Assembly: GCA_040289515.1 (NCBI GenBank)
Contig: PSLI01000009.1
Location: forward strand, 1-53,529
Direction: 5' to 3'
DNA from: Candidatus Sysuimicrobiota bacterium
GTDB lineage: Bacteria; Sysuimicrobiota; Sysuimicrobiia; Sysuimicrobiales; Sysuimicrobiaceae
DNA: 53,529 nt
Within the stretch, counting starts at the first letter, position 1; each line of letters begins with the position of its first letter. The position numbers and the translations under genes are program-made. The notes beneath the pieces were generated by a model. The model had not been told where the DNA came from and did no database searches. It saw only the letters and a list, made by a program, of their open reading frames with translations. Shown here piece after piece: positions 46,792 to 53,529 of this stretch.

Positions 46792-48249
46792 ATGGTCGCC
46801 AGGTACACGCCGGCCCGCTGGCGGCGCACCAAGATCGTGGCCACCGTGGGGCCCGCCACGGCGCAGCCGGAGCGCATCCGCGCCCTCATCGAGACGGGCG
46901 TGGACGTGATGCGCTTTAACTTCTCCCACGGCAGCCGGGAGGAACACCTGCGGCGGATGGAGTTCGTACGCCGCTTCAGCGCCGAGCTCGGGCGTCCCGT
47001 GGCGGTGCTGCAGGACCTGCAGGGGCCCAAGATCCGAGTGGGCGGCCTGCGGGACCACCAGCCCGTGGTCCTCGAAGAGGGCAGCGAAGTTGTCATCGGA
47101 ACCGAGGCGGAGGGTGGAACCGCGCAGCGCCTGTCCACCACGTACCCGGAGCTCACCCGTGCGGTGCGGGAGGGAGACCGCATCCTCCTGTCGGACGGGG
47201 AGCTCGAGCTGGCGGTCACCGCGGTGGAGCCGCAGGGAGTGCGGGCCCGGGTGATCCGGGGCGGGGTCCTGGAGGAGCACAAGGGGATCAACCTTCCCGG
47301 GGTGCCCCTGAGGGCTCCCGCCCTCACGGACAAGGACGTGGACGATTTGAAGTTCGGGCTGGAGGTGGGCGTGGATTTCGTGGCCCTGTCCTTCGTGCGC
47401 ACGGCGGAGGATGTGGCCCGGGCCCGGGAGGTCATGGAGCGGGTGGGACGCACGGTCCCCGTCATCGCCAAGCTGGAGAAGGCCGAGGCCGTGGACCACC
47501 TGGAGGAGATCCTGGAAGCCGCGGACGGCGTCATGGTGGCTCGGGGCGACCTGGGGGTGGAGCTGGTCCCGGAGCGCGTGCCCATCCTGCAGAAGCACAT
47601 CATCCGGCGCGCCAACGAACTGGGCATTCCCGTAATCACCGCCACCCAGATGCTGGAGTCCATGGTGGACCATCCGCGGCCCACCCGGGCGGAGGCCTCC
47701 GATGTGGCCAACGCCATCCTGGACGGGACCGACGCGGTCATGCTGTCCGCGGAGACCGCGGTGGGCAGGTACCCCGTGGAGGCGGTCCGCATCATGGACC
47801 GCATCGCGGTGGAGGTGGAAGCCACAAGCCCGCAGCTGTACCAGCCGGCCCGCCACCACGAACGCCGGCTGGGGATTGCGGAGGCGGTGGCCGCGGCCGC
47901 GTGCCGGCTGGGCCATGACCTTCGCGCCAAGGCCATCGTGGTCATTACCCGCAGCGGCCGGACCGCTCAACTGGTATCCAAGAACCGGCCCGCGGAGCCC
48001 GTGGTGGCCCTGACGGAGGAGGAGTGCGTGGCGCGCAGCCTCAGCCTCTGGTGGGGGCTGCACCCGGTGGTGACGGAGTTCCGGGAGGACACGGACGCCA
48101 TGCTGGAGCACGTGGAGGAGGAGCTGGTCCGCCGGGGTCTGGCAGAACCTGGGGACGTGCTGGTGGTGACGGGTTCCGCCCCCATCATCGCCCGGGGCCG
48201 CACCAACTTCGTGAAGGTCCACCGGGTGCGGAGGACCGCACGGCCGTGA
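46792..48249 (+). CDS. pyk: Pyruvate kinase
   Basis: TKIVATVGPA, NFSHG, DLQGPKIR, MVARGDLGVE and TATQMLESM motifs; TGGTATCCT extended -10 and GGAGG RBS upstream. Confidence 0.98.
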   Translation: MVARYTPARWRRTKIVATVGPATAQPERIRALIETGVDVMRFNFSHGSREEHLRRMEFVRRFSAELGRPVAVLQDLQGPKIRVGGLRDHQPVVLEEGSEVVIGTEAEGGTAQRLSTTYPELTRAVREGDRILLSDGELELAVTAVEPQGVRARVIRGGVLEEHKGINLPGVPLRAPALTDKDVDDLKFGLEVGVDFVALSFVRTAEDVARAREVMERVGRTVPVIAKLEKAEAVDHLEEILEAADGVMVARGDLGVELVPERVPILQKHIIRRANELGIPVITATQMLESMVDHPRPTRAEASDVANAILDGTDAVMLSAETAVGRYPVEAVRIMDRIAVEVEATSPQLYQPARHHERRLGIAEAVAAAACRLGHDLRAKAIVVITRSGRTAQLVSKNRPAEPVVALTEEECVARSLSLWWGLHPVVTEFREDTDAMLEHVEEELVRRGLAEPGDVLVVTGSAPIIARGRTNFVKVHRVRRTARP

Positions 48250-48530
48250 ACGACCGCCTCTGGGATGCTTACGAGCAGGTGTGCGTGGTGGAGCTGCGGC
48301 CCGTGCGGGAGCTGGTGGACCGGTTGCGGGCCGGGCAGTTCGGGCCGTTTCCCCGCCAGGAGGTCCTGGACCTGTTGCGAACCCTCCAACACAACGTGCT
48401 GGCCAACGTGTACGTGAAAGCCCAGGAGCACCCCGCGTACGCAGAGCAGGCGCACCGGGTGGCGGAGGAGCAGCGGGAGCTGTTCGATGCTCTGTTGGCG
48501 GAGGTGGAAGCGGACTGGCCCTGGCCGTAA
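48246..48530 (+). CDS. Hypothetical helical protein (94 aa)
   Basis: GTGA overlap with pyk; host-like codon usage. Confidence 0.65.
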   Translation: MNDRLWDAYEQVCVVELRPVRELVDRLRAGQFGPFPRQEVLDLLRTLQHNVLANVYVKAQEHPAYAEQAHRVAEEQRELFDALLAEVEADWPWP

Positions 48531-48536
48531 ACTGTT

Positions 48537-49643
48537 TTAGAAGTCCACCAGGAACCGGCCGTCTCGCAGGATCAACTCGCCGTCCGCGTAAACCTCCCCT
48601 CCTCGGCGCAGATCGCAGATGAGGTCCCAGTGGATGCCGGACTCGTTGCGCCCGCCTGTCTCCGGGTAGGAGGAACCCAGGGCCATGTGGACGGTGCCGC
48701 CGATCTTCTCGTCAAACAGGGTATTGCGCGTAAACCGCTGGATGTGCTCGTTCAGCCCAAAGGCAAACTCCCCCAACACCCGGGCTCCGGGGTCGGTGTC
48801 CAGCATCTCCCGAAGGAACTCTGCCCCTTTTTCCGCCTCCGCGTGCACCACCCGGCCGCCCTCGAAGGCAAGGCGCACGCCCATGACCTCCCGCCCCCCA
48901 TACAGGGCCGGGAAGGTGAAGCGCACGTGCCCCTCGGTTCGGTCCTCCTCTGGGCCGGTGAACACCTCGCCGTCGGGAAAGTTGTGCTCGCCGGCGGCGT
49001 TCACCCACCGCCGGCCTGCCACCCCCACCACCAGGTCCGTGTCCTCCGCCACCACCCGCAGGGTTCGTTTCGTGGACAGGAACTCCGTGATGCGCTGCTG
49101 CCGCGCCCGGACCCGCTCCCATTCCGCCACGGGATCCGATCGGTCCAGGAACCCGGCCCCGTACACGAAGTCCTCGTACTCCTCCAGGGACATCTCTGCC
49201 TCCTGGGCGGCCGCTTGGGTGGGAAACTGCGTATCCACCCACCGCAGCTCACCCTCCGCGGCCCGCTGCAGGAACCTCTGGCTGACAGGGCGGGTGGCCT
49301 CCGCGCGGATCCGCCTGCGTTCCGGCGGGACCTGGGTGAGCGCGCGTGTGTTATAGTCCGCCCACACCCCCAGCGAAGCGTCGATCTGCTCCACCTCCTG
49401 GTGGAGCAGATCGGGAATGAAGCGCAGCTGCTCCTCGCTGGCCTCCCGGTAAAACACCTCTTCTACGCCCTCCACCGTGACCCGCAGCAGGGGGTGCCCG
49501 CCGGCCCGCAAAATTTCCCGGTAAGCGGCCACGATGAGCGGCTGTGCCACCGCGGGTGCGCTGATGCGCACCAGGTCCCCCGGCGTGACCCGCAGGGAGT
49601 ACCGCACCAGCACCGTCGCCAAAGCCGTGACTCTGGGATCCAT
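48537..49643 (-). CDS. Aminopeptidase, M29 (AmpT/AmpS) family
   Basis: NFPDGEVFTGP, LGEFAFG, LFDEKIGGTVHMALG and SGIHWD motifs. Confidence 0.93.
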   Translation of the reverse strand: MDPRVTALATVLVRYSLRVTPGDLVRISAPAVAQPLIVAAYREILRAGGHPLLRVTVEGVEEVFYREASEEQLRFIPDLLHQEVEQIDASLGVWADYNTRALTQVPPERRRIRAEATRPVSQRFLQRAAEGELRWVDTQFPTQAAAQEAEMSLEEYEDFVYGAGFLDRSDPVAEWERVRARQQRITEFLSTKRTLRVVAEDTDLVVGVAGRRWVNAAGEHNFPDGEVFTGPEEDRTEGHVRFTFPALYGGREVMGVRLAFEGGRVVHAEAEKGAEFLREMLDTDPGARVLGEFAFGLNEHIQRFTRNTLFDEKIGGTVHMALGSSYPETGGRNESGIHWDLICDLRRGGEVYADGELILRDGRFLVDF

Positions 49644-49810
49644 GCTCCCTCCCACTCCCAGCTGCCTTCCTCCGACCCTCGTTCCCGGTCATTCTAGGGC
49701 GAAAAACAGGCTTGCTTCACAGGCGCCCCGGCTCACCAGGGCGGACCTCAGGCGCACGCCCACCCGTCCGCCGGCTGGAAGCAGCGCTTGGAGGTCAGGC
49801 GCCCTTACCT

Positions 49811-50357
49811 CACCCTCAGCTGGGACGAGGGGATCCGCTTCCAGCCGGACCTGGAGAGGATGCTCCAGCTCCCCCCGGCCTTCCGGGCCGAAGGCGTCGT
49901 CACCGCGGGGAACAGCAGCCAGGTCTGCGACGGGGCCGCGGCGGTCCTCATCGCCGACCGCGACACCGCCCTCGCCGACGGCCTAAAACCCCGGGCTCGC
50001 TTCCGCGCCCGGGTGGTGGTGGCCGGGGACCCCACGCTGCAGCTTCTCGAGGTCATCCCGGCGACGAAAAAGGCGCTGAAGCGCGCGGGGCTTAGCCTGA
50101 GCGACCTCGACGTGATCGAGATCAACGATGCCTTTGCCAGCGTGGTGCTCGCCTGGGCGCGCGAACTCGAGCCCGACATGGAAAAGGTGAACCCCAACGG
50201 GGGCGCGATCGCCCACGGCCACCCCCTGGGGGCCACGGGGGCCGTTCTCCTGACCAAGCTGTTGGGTGAGCTCGAGCGGCGCGACGCGCAGTTCGGCCTC
50301 CAGGTCATGTGCATCGGCCACGGCATGGCCACGGCGACGGTGATCGAACGCATCTAG
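49811..50357 (+). pseudogene. 5'-truncated thiolase (C-terminal half)
   Basis: [34 protein letters not shown] and CIGHG; no N-terminal domain; NEAFA changed to NDAFA. Confidence 0.85.
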
Positions 50358-50366
50358 GGGGAGCTG

Positions 50367-51128
50367 ATGAGGATCGAAGGGAAAAGCGTCCTCATGACCG
50401 GCGGAGCCTCGGGGCTGGGCGCGGCCACCGCCAAGCGCCTTGCGGCGCTTGGGGCCAGGGTGGTCATCGCGGATCTGAACGAGGCGGCGGGGCAGGCCCT
50501 GGCAAGGGAGGTCGAAGGGGCGGTCTTCGTCAAGACCGATGTGACCAACGAGGGCTCGGTGCAAAACGCGGTGGACTCCGCCACCCGCCCCGGGCCGCTT
50601 GGGGTCCTCGTGAACTGTGCGGGGATCGGCGTCGCCGCCAAGCTCCTCTCGCACGAGGGGCCGCATCCTCTGGACCTTTTCAGGAAGACCCTCGAGGTCA
50701 ACCTGGTCGGCACCTTCAACGCCCTCAGGCTCGCCGCCTGGGCCATGGCCCAAAACGCCCCCGACGCGGACGGGGAGCGGGGCATTATCGTCAACACCGC
50801 CTTGGTGGCCGCCTTCGAGGGGCAGATCGGCCAGGCCGCCTACAGCGCCTCCAAGGGCGGCGTGGCCAGCCTGGTCCTCCCCGCCGCCCGGGAACTCGCC
50901 CGTTACGGCATCCGCGTGGTCGCGATTGCCCCGGGGATCTTCGAGACGCCGATGCTCCGGGGCCTCCCCGAGGCCGCCCTGGCCTCCTTGATCGGGCAGG
51001 TCCCCTTCCCCAGGCGGCTGGGCCGGCCCGAGGAGTACGCGGCCTTGGTCCAGCACGTCGTGGAAAACCCCATGCTGAATGGCACCACGATCCGGCTGGA
51101 CGGGGCGCTGCGCATGGGGCACCGATGA
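50367..51128 (+). CDS. SDR, type II 3-hydroxyacyl-CoA dehydrogenase (HSD10-like), possibly inactive
   Basis: [27 protein letters not shown] and IRLDGALRM motifs. Confidence 0.9.
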   Translation: MRIEGKSVLMTGGASGLGAATAKRLAALGARVVIADLNEAAGQALAREVEGAVFVKTDVTNEGSVQNAVDSATRPGPLGVLVNCAGIGVAAKLLSHEGPHPLDLFRKTLEVNLVGTFNALRLAAWAMAQNAPDADGERGIIVNTALVAAFEGQIGQAAYSASKGGVASLVLPAARELARYGIRVVAIAPGIFETPMLRGLPEAALASLIGQVPFPRRLGRPEEYAALVQHVVENPMLNGTTIRLDGALRMGHR

Positions 51129-52015
51129 AGCCCTTGGCCTTGGACCTCACCCGGCTTCTGCCCGGCCCCCTGGCGGGGAAAATCCTTTTGGAGCTGGGCT
51201 TCCGGGTCCTTCGCATCCTCCCTCCCCAGGGGGACCCGCTCGCCCGCCTCCACCCCGAGGCCCACGCCTGGCTGAACGCGGGCAAGGAGAGCGAGACGGT
51301 GGACCTCAAGCTCGAGGCGGGCAAGGCCCGGCTCAAGGCGCTCGTAAGGGAGGCGGCCGTTCTCCTCGAGACCAACCGCCCCGGCGTGATGGAGCGGCTG
51401 GGCCTGGGGCCCAAGGTGCTCCGCAAGATCAACCCCCGGCTCGTCTACGTGCGCCTCGCGGGTTTCCGCGACCCCGCGCGCCACGCGGCCCCGGGCCACG
51501 ACCTCACCTACCTGGCCGCCGCCGGGCTTCTTCCCCGGGTGGGCGAGGCCTGGAGGCCGGTCCAGCTCGCCGATGTCACGGGCGCAATGTGGGCGGCGCT
51601 GGCCACCCTCGAGGGGCTGCGGCGCGGTGGGGGGGTTTGCGAGGTCTACCTCACGGAAGCTGCGCAGGTCTTCGCCTATCCGCCGCTTCCTTTCCTCGAT
51701 GGAAGCGTGCTCTGCTACGCCATCTACCCGGCCCGAGACGGCCAGGTCGCCCTTGCCGCCCTGGAGGCCCACCTCTGGGCCCGGTTCTGCCAGGCCGCGG
51801 GAAAGGAGGCCTGGGCCGGGGCCGCCTACACGCCAGCCCGGGAGGAGAACCCCCTTTACCGGCAAGCATGTGCCTTCTTCCGAGAGAAAAGCGCCCGCGA
51901 GTGGGAGGCCTGGGCGGCCGAGCACGGCCTTCCTTTGGCGGCGGTGCGGCCATACACCCCGAGGGGATTCGGACTGCCCTGGGCCTTCGCCGAAGAGGCG
52001 CAGGTTGAAAAATAG
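51125..52015 (+). CDS. CoA-transferase family III / AMACR-like (short form)
   Basis: [31 protein letters not shown] and QLAD motifs; ATGA overlap. Confidence 0.85.
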   Translation: MKPLALDLTRLLPGPLAGKILLELGFRVLRILPPQGDPLARLHPEAHAWLNAGKESETVDLKLEAGKARLKALVREAAVLLETNRPGVMERLGLGPKVLRKINPRLVYVRLAGFRDPARHAAPGHDLTYLAAAGLLPRVGEAWRPVQLADVTGAMWAALATLEGLRRGGGVCEVYLTEAAQVFAYPPLPFLDGSVLCYAIYPARDGQVALAALEAHLWARFCQAAGKEAWAGAAYTPAREENPLYRQACAFFREKSAREWEAWAAEHGLPLAAVRPYTPRGFGLPWAFAEEAQVEK

Positions 52016-52092
52016 CCAACCCCGCTTTCCACCAACTCTTGGATGGACCCCCTTCTCCTTCCGGTGTTGAACGTAGCCCCTTTGGGGCTGAC

Positions 52093-52190
52093 CCCTTCGG
52101 GAAGCAACCCGGTGTTCCCTTCGGGAAGCAGCACGGCACACCAGATCAGGGAGCGCTACGGCCCTCCGGTATTCCCCTCGGGAAGCAACC
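52093..52190. repeat. Three copies of a short palindromic unit (T)TCCCYTCGGGAAGCA
   Basis: Copies at 52093-52109, 52109-52130 and 52166-52190. Confidence 0.8.
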
Positions 52191-52550
52191 ACCGCAACCC
52201 CCTGGACAAGTGGGAGAACCAGGGTCTTCCGGTTGTAAGGCTGCTATCCCTGGGGTGAACTTCCTGGGCGCTCCCAAGGGTTTCCGGTGGACGAGGCCCT
52301 CTGAGCCGTGCGTTAGGCAGCGCTTTAGTTACCTTTTTTCGATACGATCGAGCAAAACCGCCTCAGAGAACAGATGCACCGCCGCGGGGCAAGCCACGCG
52401 GGTCCCCGGCGTCCTCTCGCTATCGGCTGCACACGGGGCGGTCAACAGCTCGTGGGCGGTGGGGGGGTTCGAACTTCCGGCCCTCTTGCGTGTGAAACAA
52501 GCATTTCTCCCGCATGCTGACCCCCCTGACTGAGTTCTGGCGGGCTGAGC

Positions 52551-52645
52551 GGACTGCAACACTGCAGCGGTCGGCCTCAAAAGCCCATCTGGCGGGGTTT
52601 GAACCGTTGCAGTGACCGCTGCAACACCTCAGGGTGTTGCAGTCC
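52551..52645. repeat. Nested inverted repeats built from CTGCAAC/GTTGCAG units
   Basis: GGACTGCAACACTGCAGCGGTC pairs with GACCGCTGCA(+10 nt)GTGTTGCAGTCC. Confidence 0.75.
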
Positions 52646-53062
52646 CTGGGGGCCGGTCCCGGGGGAACACTCCCGCTCCCCGCCGCCCAAGAGACCCTGC
52701 CGGCTAACGGCAGTTGTCCCCGCAGGCCGCTCACGGCGGCTCATTGCGCACCGTGAGCACGCGGCCTAACTGAGCATCCCCTCCTCCGCGGAGAGGCCGA
52801 GGGTTCCGTCGGTTCCCGAGAGTACCGAGTGCAAAGCCCCGCGGAGGGGTCTGTTGTCGCCGTTAAGCCCCGTAGGCCCTCTGCTAAGGAGCCGCATTGA
52901 CGCAGGCCGGCCCCGCCGGCGTGAACAACACCGGTTCCCTCGTCCAAGCAGATGGCGCGGTATGCCGGGCTGGATCCTTCCGTGGAGCAGTCGGGCCCGC
53001 CCCGGCGCCTGCCGTTCCCCAGGCGGGCCCTTGCCCTCCCCCGGGTGCCGTAAAATTGAGCC

Positions 53063-53356
53063 ATGGCGTGGGAACAGGTGGCCACCATCGTCATCACCGT
53101 GGTGCTGGCGGTGCTTGCGGGCGTCCTGTACAACAACCGGCGGTTCGATGACGTCAACCGGCGGTTCGACGACGTCCACCAGCGGTTCGACGACGTCCAC
53201 CGCCGCATCGACGACCTCCGCGCCGACATGAACGCCCGCTTCGCTCAGGTGGACGCTCGCTTCGCTCAGGTGGACGCCAGACTCGCAGAGCTCCGCGAGG
53301 ATCTGCGGGAGATCCGCGGTCTCCTCCAGGACGCCCTCCGCACCCGCACCACCTGA
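53063..53356 (+). CDS. Small TM-anchored coiled-coil protein with 7-aa tandem repeats
   Basis: N-terminal TM, then RFDDVxx three times and RFAQVDA twice (21-bp repeats at 53141-53203 and 53237-53278); TAAAAT 6 nt before ATG. Confidence 0.75.
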   Translation: MAWEQVATIVITVVLAVLAGVLYNNRRFDDVNRRFDDVHQRFDDVHRRIDDLRADMNARFAQVDARFAQVDARLAELREDLREIRGLLQDALRTRTT

Positions 53357-53529
53357 GTTCGGGACACGCCACCCAGCCCCCACCAGGAGCCCCGAGGTCA
53401 GCAGCCACGGGGCAGGAACGGCGGGACGCCTGAGCCGCAGCTGGGCCGCAGCAGTTGCTTACCGGCCAGCTCGACCACCGCCCGAGACCGTGGTAGCCTC
53501 TGGCCGGAAGGTCAACCGTGGCAGGCAGC

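Noticed and set aside
45534..47945. 803-aa ORF
   Set aside because: The upstream half is the antisense shadow of pyk; the real gene starts at about 46673.
52093..52190. Possible CRISPR array
   Set aside because: The units are short, adjacent or irregularly spaced, lack uniform spacers, and no cas genes are present.

Overview
High-GC bacterial chromosomal segment, probably from a thermophilic Terrabacteria lineage such as Armatimonadota or Sysuimicrobiota (inference only). From left to right it holds: the 3' end of a DUF2877 (YlbF/AllH) gene; a glycolipid/envelope module (DAG-kinase-like, UgtP/YpfP-like glycosyltransferase, LtaA-like MFS, polysaccharide deacetylase, YkoP-like); a CoA-transferase, a cyclase and fused accD-accA; a divergent nucleoside/purine catabolism region (fdrA-ylbE, two BMP-type ABC importers, a TudS-like Fe-S protein, and a candidate xanthine/NMT1-like riboswitch); tRNA-Leu(GAG) with secG-tpiA-pgk-gap-sbp-DUF881; a complete Thermus-order V/A-type ATP synthase operon; a complex I operon encoding only the membrane arm (nuoA-H-J-K-L-M-N), whose NuoL carries an exact 26-aa duplication in the amphipathic helix; a decayed island at tRNA-Thr(CGT) with DUF1156/DUF499 defence-system relics; a degenerate GGDEF membrane protein, pyk and an M29 aminopeptidase; and a decaying foreign beta-oxidation-like cluster followed by a repeat-rich non-coding region. 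All calls come from motif recognition by eye; no database searches were run.
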